This document shows positions 52,911 to 61,630 of a stretch of 64,000 nucleotides of DNA, piece by piece. The DNA is taken from assembly GCA_947630455.1 (NCBI GenBank), contig CANRHP010000001.1:25651-89650 (forward strand), given 5' to 3'. Within the stretch, counting starts at the first letter, position 1, and every line of letters starts with the position of its first letter. Source of the DNA: an uncultured Clostridia bacterium (GTDB lineage Bacteria; Bacillota; Clostridia; Christensenellales; CAG-314). Both the position numbers and the translations under genes were made by a program. Below the pieces are notes generated by a model. The model searched no databases. It saw only the letters and a list, made by a program, of their open reading frames with translations, and was not told the DNA's origin.

Positions 52911-53211
52911 TGTTCGCGCTCCTTGTGTAAACGCGCGTGCATTCGTCCCGACGTGCAGCAGATATCAACCTGCTCTATTGTCATACTATGTACCGAATCT
53001 ATCAAATTGTTACAACTGAATTTTGACGCAGGGAAGATCGAGAAGTCAAAATGCAGATATAGCTCCTAACGGTGTGACCGTTTTGTGCCAAGTCAGCGCA
53101 AGGGCAATGCAAATGGGAACTTCGTCAAAAAAGTGCACGTTTGTTTGACACAAGTGTGCACTGCAATTGAAAAAACTATACTCTGCTCCGCTTGAAAATT
53201 TGCTCCTCCTT

Positions 53212-53691
53212 TCACTTGCCCCTTCTGCTGCGCACAAACGTTGTAATCTTTGCCGTTGCAAAGCTTGATAGCGCTGCAATACTGAACAAAAAATTGATAT
53301 ACGCCCATCGTGATCTTCTTGTCACTATATCGCTGCCCACCATTCTGTCCACAATTTCTATCACACATGGAAAACGCATATAGTAGGTAGAATAAAAATC
53401 CTGCGGGTTAAAGTGGAAATTAGCCAAAAAAGCGAAATGTGCTTCTGCAATCCAACACAATAACAACAGGCACACCAACACAAAATCATACCAAACGTGC
53501 CAACGGTGTCTTAAAGAAATGCACACCAGCAAAACAAACAGAACGATGCAAAACACCGCAATCATAATTTCCAATGCCACAATATTATGAGACAGCGCAA
53601 AAACAATCATCTCCGCAACACTGTAGACTGTTGCGAGAGTACTGAGACAGATAGCAAATAAAAAATTTTTCCGTTTTGACGGTTGCGTCAT
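53212..53691 (-). CDS. hypothetical 159-aa membrane protein
   Basis: ATG at 53691 with GGGAGGAG SD. Translation MTQPSKRKNFLFAICLSTLATVY... has 4-5 hydrophobic helices. No family recognised. Confidence 0.6.
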   Translation of the reverse strand: MTQPSKRKNFLFAICLSTLATVYSVAEMIVFALSHNIVALEIMIAVFCIVLFVLLVCISLRHRWHVWYDFVLVCLLLLCWIAEAHFAFLANFHFNPQDFYSTYYMRFPCVIEIVDRMVGSDIVTRRSRWAYINFLFSIAALSSFATAKITTFVRSRRGK

Positions 53692-53817
53692 TTTTACACT
53701 CCTCCCATCACCAAATTCTCGTCTGTATCCACAGCTGCAAATGCCAAAGGTAAGTCCGTCTCCCGTAACTCTCAAATTTTCAGAATGAGCATGTCCACCG
53801 GTGTACTGCAACCCGAA

Positions 53818-54343
53818 TTAACCATAAAACAAAGCATCGCCGAGCACCACACTTGTATATTCTTTGGTATCCGATACCCATCCAAAATGAGCCAAAAATC
53901 TCGTCTGTTCTCCCTCTTGCTTGTAACCATACGCAACTATAACATGATCATGCTTCAGCAGGCTTTTTGTATAGCTGTAATTCAAAATTACAAGCAATGT
54001 AGGTGTGCCCGTATTCAACAAATTGATAGCATTTTGTTCCACAGCTCCCAAATTTCCGTAATAATATTGAATATGAAAACTTAACAATGCACTATTATCC
54101 TCAATATAATCTTCAAATGTTTCTTTTAACTCACCCGCAGCCATTGGATATCTTTTTTTCTTTCTATACCTGCTATTGTGTGCATATATTTATTCATCAA
54201 GTAGTCTCATTTGTTCGAGGCATCTTCGTCCATTTACTGAAATCATATCCCGTCAATAAGTAGATGAATAATATTGCTTTTGCTGCAAGTACATTAACAA
54301 TACTGCCTACACATACGGCATCCGTAAACCAAGTTTTTTGCCG
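53818..54343 (-). pseudogene. remnant of a papain-fold cysteine peptidase (C10/C39-like)
   Basis: Fragment 54197-54343 reads ...WFTDAVCVGSIVNVLAAKA (Cys region) with no start codon. ORF 53818-54144 carries ...HDHVIVAYGY...FLAHFGWVSD (His region). The fragments are in different frames, separated by several stops. Confidence 0.4.
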
Positions 54344-54389
54344 TCAAAATTTATTTGATTTTGAAATAAACACAAGTTTGATTTTTACA

Positions 54390-55628
54390 CTATTCAGGTA
54401 GAAGTGCCACAGCGGCAGGCTTTTCATCAAGCGCTTCCTCGGGAAGAGCGTAGTCATAAATAATGTACAAGGCTCCGTTAGAAGAGTTGTAACAGGCAAA
54501 AATCACTTCGCTTCCCGCACTAAAATCATCGTTGTAAAGTTGCGATGTTTCATTGTAAAACAGAAAATTATTGTAATTGTTGTATACAAGCTTTAGCGCT
54601 AAAGGAGAAAGCTTCAGAAGCTGTTCGGGCAACTCGTTTGTCCAACGTTCATCCGACATAAGCTGCTGTGCAAAATTTTCCCTGTCCTTTTCGGCAACAA
54701 GGGCATTGATCTCCTTAAAGCTGTCGTTACCGTTGCAGACAACCGTGAGCTCCTCGGGGAACGTAAGCCCCGTGCGCTGTTCTATCAAAGTGACGTTGGT
54801 ACGCGAGAAAATGTCCTTGTCCAACAACATAGGCCACAATCCCATCTCCAACAAAAAGATCGCCGCCAGGGTTCCCACAACAACCAATGTCACACAGTGC
54901 TTGCGATTGCTGCGTTGAAAATATGCCAAAACAATGACCGCAACAGGCAGCGGCAAAAAACACAGCGCCACCCAAATATAACGAGCCATACCGCCCATAC
55001 CCAACGCATAGCTTTGACTTTTAAGCAGGGCTATGACAAAGGCAACGATTATCGACAAAAAGGAGAGTGCCGCAAGCGCAACGCTTACCGTATAAAGCGG
55101 TTTTTGCCGCTGCTGCACGATAGCGTTTTCCATTGCAGTTTCCTTTGCAAGAGGTACTGTCGCCATGTCTGCGTCGTAGGTATTGGGAATTATGAGCAAT
55201 TGTTTTGTATCCGGAAGCTGCAAATAAATGAAATTTTTGTTTTTGCACAAAAATTTAACCTGTACATTTGGAAAGGCACGCTCAACACCGCCGTTCAATT
55301 CTATAAGCTTGACCTCCGATTCGGTAAAATGCAGATTACAATTGCATTCACCGACGATCCCTATTCGTTTGATCCGTACATACAATAATACAAACGGAAA
55401 AACGACGGAAAAAATCAACAACAGCGAAAATAAAACGGTGGGAACAATATAGCCGCCGCCATCGGTAATCAAGTTGAATACCGAAAAGATAAGCGCTGCA
55501 AGCGCAATGATCGCTACCGCAAAAAACGGACGCAACCAAGGCATCATCAATTGCTTGCACGCTTGCGCGTACTCCTGCGCGGTCAGCTTAAATTGGATGA
55601 CTGTAGACCTGCGTTCGGTATCCGACAT
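54390..55628 (-). CDS. hypothetical membrane protein with YcxB-like N-terminal region
   Basis: AAGGAGGTGA SD lies between the valS stop and this ATG, 15 nt downstream of valS. The N-terminus (FKLTAQEYAQACKQL plus two TM helices) resembles YcxB-like proteins. It also has 4 more TM helices and a ~150-aa soluble C-terminal domain. Confidence 0.6.
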   Translation of the reverse strand: MSDTERRSTVIQFKLTAQEYAQACKQLMMPWLRPFFAVAIIALAALIFSVFNLITDGGGYIVPTVLFSLLLIFSVVFPFVLLYVRIKRIGIVGECNCNLHFTESEVKLIELNGGVERAFPNVQVKFLCKNKNFIYLQLPDTKQLLIIPNTYDADMATVPLAKETAMENAIVQQRQKPLYTVSVALAALSFLSIIVAFVIALLKSQSYALGMGGMARYIWVALCFLPLPVAVIVLAYFQRSNRKHCVTLVVVGTLAAIFLLEMGLWPMLLDKDIFSRTNVTLIEQRTGLTFPEELTVVCNGNDSFKEINALVAEKDRENFAQQLMSDERWTNELPEQLLKLSPLALKLVYNNYNNFLFYNETSQLYNDDFSAGSEVIFACYNSSNGALYIIYDYALPEEALDEKPAAVALLPE

Positions 55629-55643
55629 TGCGTCACCTCCTTG

Positions 55644-58256
55644 TCACTTCAATTCGCCAAGACGCGATTCCAGCTGCGCTTTCAAATCGCGGTACTTTGT
55701 CAGCTTGGCTTTTTCGTTCTCCACAAGCTGTGCGGGAGCTTTGGCGAGGAAGCCGGGATTGGACAGCTTGCTTTCGGCGCGAGTTATCTCACCGTTTACG
55801 TTTTCCAATTCCTTTGTCAGGCGTTCGATCTCCTTGTCCTTATCGACAAGATCTCCAAGCGGCACTTCGCAGGTGGCTGCCGTGCCCACCGCTTTGACGG
55901 TTTTGTCGCCTGCGGGAGCAGACTCGAACACGACCTCCTCCAGATTGCACAGCTTGGTGAGATAAACGTCGCATTGACGTATGCGCTCGTCCGTTGCGGC
56001 AACGTAAAGGCGTATACGCTTGCTTGGTGCCACGCCGTATTCGCTGCGTATATTGCGGATCTTTGTGACAAGCTCCTTCAGCTCCTCCACCAAATTGCAG
56101 TCGTCCGCAAAGCAGTGAGCCTGGTCGTACTCGGGGAAGCGAGCGATCATTATGCTTTCGCCATGATTGGGAGTGGATTGATAAATTTCCTCTGTTATGC
56201 ATGGAGCAAATGGGTGCAGCAGCTTCAGTATTTCATCCAAAACATAGCACAACACCGACAGCGTGTCGCGACGCGCAATTTCGTCCGTGCCGTAAAGCAC
56301 AGGCTTTGTAAACTCGATGTACCAATCGCAGAACTCGCTCCACACAAAATCGTAAAGCGTTTGCGATGCCATGCCCAACTCGTATTTTTCCAAGAGCTCG
56401 GTAACCGTTTGAACCGCGTCGTTGAGCTTGGTAAGTATCCACTTGTCCGCAAGCGTCAGCTTGCACTCGTCAAGGGGAACAAGAGCTTTGCCCTCGGCGT
56501 TCATCAGCACAAAGCGGCTTGCGTTCCACACTTTGTTCATAAAGTTGCGGGTGCCGTCGATTTTGTCCGGCGCAAAACGAATGTCCGAACCGTTGGCAAC
56601 ACCGTTGATAAGGGCAAAACGCAAGGTGTCCGTACCGTACTTGTCGATAAACTCCACCGGATCCACGCCGTTTCCGAGAGATTTACTCATCTTGCGCCCC
56701 TGCTCGTCACGAACTATGCCGTGCATAAGCACATGACGGAATGGCACCTGTCCCGTAGCGTAGAGTGAGCTGAAAATCATGCGCGCCACCCAGAAGAAAA
56801 TGATGTCGTAACCACAGGAAAGTACCGACGTTGGGAAAAAAGCCTTGAAATCGTCGCTGCCGCGATAGTAGCCCAATGTGGAGAAGGGCCACAAGGCGCT
56901 GGAAAACCAGGTATCCAACACATCCTCGTCTTGATGAATATGCTCGCTTCCGCACTTGGGGCAAACGGTGGGATCGGTTTCCTCGCAGATTTCCGCGCCA
57001 CAATCCTCACAGTACCACACGGGTATACGATGTCCCCACCACAGCTGACGGGATATGCACCAATCCTTGATGTTTTCCATCCAATTGAAGTAGGTTTTGG
57101 CAAAGCGTTCGGGATGGAAGGTTATTTCGCCGTCGCGCACCGCTTTGATTGCAGGCTCGGCAAGGGGCTGCATCTTGACAAACCATTGCTTGGAAACAAT
57201 AGGCTCCACCGTTGTGTGACAGCGGTAACAGCTGCCGACATTGTGCTTGTGCGGCTCGACCTTTTGCAGTATGCCCATTTCCTTGAGACGCGCAACTATG
57301 CGCTTGCGCGCCTCGTACCGATCGAGCCCGGCAAATTCGCCGGCATTTTCGTTCATAGTGCCGTCGTCGTTCATAACACGTATTACGGGCAGATTGTGCC
57401 GCACCCCCACCTCAAAGTCGTTGGGATCGTGAGCAGGCGTGATCTTGACTACGCCCGTGCCGAACTCCATATCAACATACTCGTCGGCGATTACCGGAAT
57501 CTCACGATTGACGAAGGGCACTATCACCGTTTTTCCAACCAGATGTGTGTAGCGCGGATCGTTGGGATTGACAGCTACCGCCGTGTCGCCCAACATTGTT
57601 TCGGGACGTGTGGTTGCAAAAGTGACGGTTGTTTTGCCGTCCGACGTTGTGTAACCGTAATGCCAAAAATATCCGTCCTGCTCGGAGTACTCCACTTCCG
57701 CGTCGGAAAGTGCCGTTTTGCATACAGGACACCAGTTGATGATGCGGTTGCCGCGGTAGATCAAGCCCTTTTTGTACATAGAAACAAACTGCTTGCGTAC
57801 CGCCTCACTGCATTTTTCGTCCATTGTAAAAGAGAGACGGCTCCAATCGCAGCTGCTGCCCAGCTTTTTGAGTTGCTCGACTATGCGGCCGCCGTATTGC
57901 TCCTTCCACTGCCAGGCGCGTTCGAGAAATTTTTCACGACCGAGGTCTCGCTTGTCAATACCTTCCTTTTTGAGCTGTTCGACAATTTTGACCTCCGTAG
58001 CTATGCTGGCGTGATCGGTGCCGGGCAGCCACAAGGTGTTGAAGCCTTGCATACGCTTGAAACGCACAATCGTGTCCATGATAGCGTTGTCAAGCCCGTG
58101 TCCGATGTGCAGCTGCCCCGTTATGTTGGGCGGGGGAGATACAATGGAAAAATAGGGCTTGCCTATCTCCGCCTTGGGTGTGAAGTAGCCTTGCTTCATC
58201 CAAAAATAGTACAGATCGTGCTCGAATGTTGTTGGGTTGTAGGTTTTTTCTAACAT
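55644..58256 (-). CDS. valS: valine-tRNA ligase
   Basis: PPPNITGQLHIGH, KMSKSLGN and a C-terminal coiled coil. Start set at the ATG at 58256 (MLEKTYNP..., GGAGA SD). The track ORF begins at the in-frame ATG at 58364, which lacks an SD. Confidence 0.95.
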   Translation of the reverse strand: MLEKTYNPTTFEHDLYYFWMKQGYFTPKAEIGKPYFSIVSPPPNITGQLHIGHGLDNAIMDTIVRFKRMQGFNTLWLPGTDHASIATEVKIVEQLKKEGIDKRDLGREKFLERAWQWKEQYGGRIVEQLKKLGSSCDWSRLSFTMDEKCSEAVRKQFVSMYKKGLIYRGNRIINWCPVCKTALSDAEVEYSEQDGYFWHYGYTTSDGKTTVTFATTRPETMLGDTAVAVNPNDPRYTHLVGKTVIVPFVNREIPVIADEYVDMEFGTGVVKITPAHDPNDFEVGVRHNLPVIRVMNDDGTMNENAGEFAGLDRYEARKRIVARLKEMGILQKVEPHKHNVGSCYRCHTTVEPIVSKQWFVKMQPLAEPAIKAVRDGEITFHPERFAKTYFNWMENIKDWCISRQLWWGHRIPVWYCEDCGAEICEETDPTVCPKCGSEHIHQDEDVLDTWFSSALWPFSTLGYYRGSDDFKAFFPTSVLSCGYDIIFFWVARMIFSSLYATGQVPFRHVLMHGIVRDEQGRKMSKSLGNGVDPVEFIDKYGTDTLRFALINGVANGSDIRFAPDKIDGTRNFMNKVWNASRFVLMNAEGKALVPLDECKLTLADKWILTKLNDAVQTVTELLEKYELGMASQTLYDFVWSEFCDWYIEFTKPVLYGTDEIARRDTLSVLCYVLDEILKLLHPFAPCITEEIYQSTPNHGESIMIARFPEYDQAHCFADDCNLVEELKELVTKIRNIRSEYGVAPSKRIRLYVAATDERIRQCDVYLTKLCNLEEVVFESAPAGDKTVKAVGTAATCEVPLGDLVDKDKEIERLTKELENVNGEITRAESKLSNPGFLAKAPAQLVENEKAKLTKYRDLKAQLESRLGELK

Positions 58257-58414
58257 ATATTTCTCCGTGTATTTTTTTACCGTTTCAAGCTGCTTGCGTC
58301 CAACAAAAAATCCCTGACGCTCTAAACATAATTCCGCTTTCATCACGGCGTAATTTGATTTCATCTTTTACAACAACGATTTTTTGAAGAATCGTTTATA
58401 TGTTGAGCGAACAT

Positions 58415-58675
58415 AAAAAAGCCCTCGGCAAATGCCAAGGGCGAAAATACTCGCGGTACCACCTTGCTTCGACTTGCCGCAGCTGCAAACAAGTCCTCGT
58501 TGCCGCCGCTAACGGAGCGACCCGAACAGCACTACTTTTGTCCTCGCTCGGACACCGTTTCGCACTGTCAACTCGGCGCACTACACCGTTGTCTGTTGCC
58601 TTGCGAAATTTTCACCGCAGTTCGCTCTCTGAAAAGGCAGTCTGACAAAGCCTTGCGCCTACAAACGTTTTTATA
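58415..58675 (-). promoter_or_regulatory. T-box riboswitch leader of valS
   Basis: Minus strand shows AGAGAG, AGTA, the F-box CCGTTA, and the T-box core AAGGTGGTACCGCG (plus strand 58452-58463). The terminator GCCCTTGGCA-ttt-GCCGAGGGC (58421-58442) plus U6 follows. The specifier codon was not confidently located. Confidence 0.88.
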
Positions 58676-58681
58676 ATACAA

Positions 58682-58710
58682 ATTTTACCACCGCAAGCCG
58701 CATTTGGCAA
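58682..58710 (-). promoter_or_regulatory. promoter of the valS T-box leader
   Basis: Minus strand: TTGCCA (58705-58710), 17 nt, TAAAAT (58682-58687). Confidence 0.55.
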
Positions 58711-58898
58711 GCAAATGATGGCAAAAATTATCGACTAAACGGTCAAGGTAAGGAACGTTTCAATCGAAAGAGCCGCAAAGCGTAAGGGCAGATTGCCGCG
58801 CAAGCGACACGGCATAGGGCAAAATTACTTACAAATAGACTTCCGCACAAACGAAAGGGAGGGCATTCTGCATGCCGCCCGTTTTAGCTGCATGTTCC

Positions 58899-61568
58899 TC
58901 AGGAACGCGTCCAAGTCCGATGACTATATGTCGAGCTAAGATATGTCGCGTTTTGAGTCGGGTCTGTAAGGATCAATGATGTACTACCTGCTTTCCAACC
59001 CATGGGATTTTCAAACACGACGCTCCGCAAACTGCTGCAATTCGAGAAAGCATAATTGCCTATGCTTGTGACGCTGCTCGGAATAGTTATCGATGTCAAA
59101 CCCCTGCAACCGGAGAAAGCAGAACCACCTATGCTTGTGACGCTGCTCGGAATAGTTATCGATGTCAAACTGCTGCAATCCCCGAAAGCCTCAGAGTCTA
59201 TGCCTTGCAATTGACTGTCTCCCTCAAATGTTACCGTTTGCAGACTGCTACAATCCTTGAAAGCAACATAGCCTATGATTGTGACGCTGCTCGGAATTGT
59301 GATCGATGTTAGACTGCTGCAACCGTAGAAAGCACCATTGCCTATGCTGGTGACGCTACTTGGAATGATAATAGATGTCAGCCTGCGGCAACCATCGAAA
59401 GCATACTTGCCTATGCTTTGAAGTTGGCTGTTTCCTTCAAATGTTACTATTTGCAAATTATTGCAATTGCTGAAAGCACTATCATTTATGCTTGTGACTC
59501 CGCTCGGAATTGTGATAGACGTCAAACTGCTGCAACCAGAGAAAGCCTCAGAGTCTATGCCTTGCAATTGACTGTCTCCCTCAAATGTTACCGTTTGCAG
59601 ACTGCTACAATCCTTGAAAGCAACATAGCCTATGATTGTGACGCTGCTCGGAATTGTGATCGATGTCAGACTGCTGCAACCGGAGAAAGCACCATTGCCT
59701 ATGCTTGTGACGCTGTTCGGAATTGTGATCGATGTCAGACTGCTACAACCGGAGAAAGCCGAATTGCCTATGCTTGTGACACTACTCGGAATGGTTATCG
59801 ATGTCAAACTGCTGCAACCTGAGAAAGTAGCATTGCCTATGCTTGTGACGCTACTCGGTATTGTGATTGATGTCAGACTGCTGCAACCTGAGAAAGCAGC
59901 CTTGCCTATGCTTGTGATACTGCTTGGAATAGTTATGGATGTCAGATTGCTACAATCTTCGAAAGCATATACACCTATGTTTGTAACGTTGCTTGGAATT
60001 ACAATGGATGTAAGACTGCTGCAACCTTGGAAAGCCCTCTCGCCTATGCTTTGCAGTTGGCCGTCTCCTTCAAATATTACTGTTTGCAAATTGCTACAAT
60101 TATCGAAAGTCCTGTAGCCTATGCTTGTGACGCTACTTGGAATGGTAATAGATGTAAGGCTGTTGCAACTATAGAATGCACCAAAGCCTATGCTCGTGAC
60201 ACTGCCGTCACTCGGTATCGAGGAATCTTTGCAGCCGGCAATAAGCGTTTTTGATTGTGTTTCTATAATACAGTTGCCTTCACTGTGGTAAATCGTATTA
60301 CCGGGTTTAACCTCCAAAGCTTCAATACTGTTGCAATCGGAGAAGGCGTTTGAAGGAATTACTTTTGTCGTACTCTCAATGCTATAATTGGTTGCCGAAT
60401 AGTCTTGTACACCAACCAACACCATAAACTTATTTTCCTCATTACCTAAATAGTTGATACCGTTGGACACATTATACTCCAAACTACTGCAACCATTGAA
60501 AGCATTCCAGCCTATGCTTTGCAGTTGACTGTCTTCTTCAAATGCCACTGTTTGCAAATTGATGCAATTATTGAAAGCCTGAATACCTATGCTTGTAACG
60601 CTGCTTGGAATGGTGATCGATGTCAGCCTGCGGCAATTAGAAAAAGTCGCATCGCCTATGCTTGTGACGTTACTTGGAATGGTGATGGATTCCAAATTAG
60701 GGCAATTTCTGAAAGCACCCGAACATATTATTTTGGTTTTATTCTCAATATTGTAACTATAGCGTATCGCCCAATTTTTGTTTTTCCAGTCGATATAATA
60801 CTCGTTAGCATTAACCAACACTAAATATTTGTTTTCCTTATTGCCCAAATATTCAACACCATCGGACACATTGAACTGCAGATTGCTGCAACCTTCGAAA
60901 GCTAAATTGCCGATGCTTGCGACGCTGCTCGGAATGGTGATAGATGTAAGACTGTCGCACCTGTAGAAAGCCTCATCACCTATGCTTGTGACGTTACTTG
61001 GAATGGATATAAATTTTAGCCTACCGCACTCGTAGAAAGCACCCCAGCCTATACTTTGTAGCTTGCTATCTGACTCAAATGTTACTAATTCCAAGCTTTG
61101 ACAATACCCAAAAGCCCCCTCGCCTATGCTTGTAACGCTGCTTGGAATAGTGATAGATGTAAGACTGTCGCACTTGTAGAAAGCATCCTCACCTATGCGG
61201 GTGACGGGCAAGCCTTCGTATTCAGACAATATCACAATACCGTCTGTTGTGATTTTTGTACCGTTTAATACATAGTAGCTTTGTCCATCGTCGGAGATTG
61301 TGTATATCACGCCCTGTGTATCGAACTTGACATAACCGCAGATTTCACATACATTGTCGTTGTCAAAGCTATGCGGAGCAACCTTCGATTTCACGTCGTG
61401 TCCGCATGTCGTGGCATGCCAATGCGTGGATTCACTACGAGTCCAATCGTTGGAAAAAGTGTGAATGTGTATGAACAGACCACCATCGTCGCATGCTGTG
61501 AGTATAATAGCCGCGAGCAAAATTGTTGCAGCCAGTATTGCAACCAAAAGTAATCGTTTTGTTTTCAT
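58899..61568 (-). CDS. BspA-type leucine-rich-repeat surface lipoprotein
   Basis: Signal and lipobox MKTKRLLLVAILAATILLAAIILTAC, one His/Cys module, then more than 25 LRR units of consensus SLTSITIPSSVTSIGNxAFSGCS. AAGGAGA SD. Confidence 0.85.
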   Translation of the reverse strand: MKTKRLLLVAILAATILLAAIILTACDDGGLFIHIHTFSNDWTRSESTHWHATTCGHDVKSKVAPHSFDNDNVCEICGYVKFDTQGVIYTISDDGQSYYVLNGTKITTDGIVILSEYEGLPVTRIGEDAFYKCDSLTSITIPSSVTSIGEGAFGYCQSLELVTFESDSKLQSIGWGAFYECGRLKFISIPSNVTSIGDEAFYRCDSLTSITIPSSVASIGNLAFEGCSNLQFNVSDGVEYLGNKENKYLVLVNANEYYIDWKNKNWAIRYSYNIENKTKIICSGAFRNCPNLESITIPSNVTSIGDATFSNCRRLTSITIPSSVTSIGIQAFNNCINLQTVAFEEDSQLQSIGWNAFNGCSSLEYNVSNGINYLGNEENKFMVLVGVQDYSATNYSIESTTKVIPSNAFSDCNSIEALEVKPGNTIYHSEGNCIIETQSKTLIAGCKDSSIPSDGSVTSIGFGAFYSCNSLTSITIPSSVTSIGYRTFDNCSNLQTVIFEGDGQLQSIGERAFQGCSSLTSIVIPSNVTNIGVYAFEDCSNLTSITIPSSITSIGKAAFSGCSSLTSITIPSSVTSIGNATFSGCSSLTSITIPSSVTSIGNSAFSGCSSLTSITIPNSVTSIGNGAFSGCSSLTSITIPSSVTIIGYVAFKDCSSLQTVTFEGDSQLQGIDSEAFSGCSSLTSITIPSGVTSINDSAFSNCNNLQIVTFEGNSQLQSIGKYAFDGCRRLTSIIIPSSVTSIGNGAFYGCSSLTSITIPSSVTIIGYVAFKDCSSLQTVTFEGDSQLQGIDSEAFGDCSSLTSITIPSSVTSIGGSAFSGCRGLTSITIPSSVTSIGNYAFSNCSSLRSVVFENPMGWKAGSTSLILTDPTQNATYLSSTYSHRTWTRS
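59184..59705 (-). repeat. 357-bp-offset near-perfect intragenic direct repeat
   Basis: About 59184-59348 recurs at about 59541-59705 with 2-3 mismatches. Encodes the duplicated block SLTSITIPSSVTIIGYVAFKDCSSLQTVTFEGDSQLQGIDSEAF. Confidence 0.75.
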
Positions 61569-61630
61569 AGTATTTCTCCTTGTGTATATAATTCAACAAA
61601 AAAGTGCCGTTAATTTTTTTCATGCACGTA

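Noticed and set aside
52911-53211. Attempt to reconstruct a decayed mazE by translating all three minus-strand frames.
   Set aside because: No RHH- or AbrB-like reading was found, even allowing for frameshifts. Only unrelated short ORF tails were seen (77-aa and 91-aa track ORFs with no SD).
55551-58253. 405-aa and 440-aa ORFs antisense to valS.
   Set aside because: These are shadow ORFs opposite a certain valS, with no SD and no motifs.
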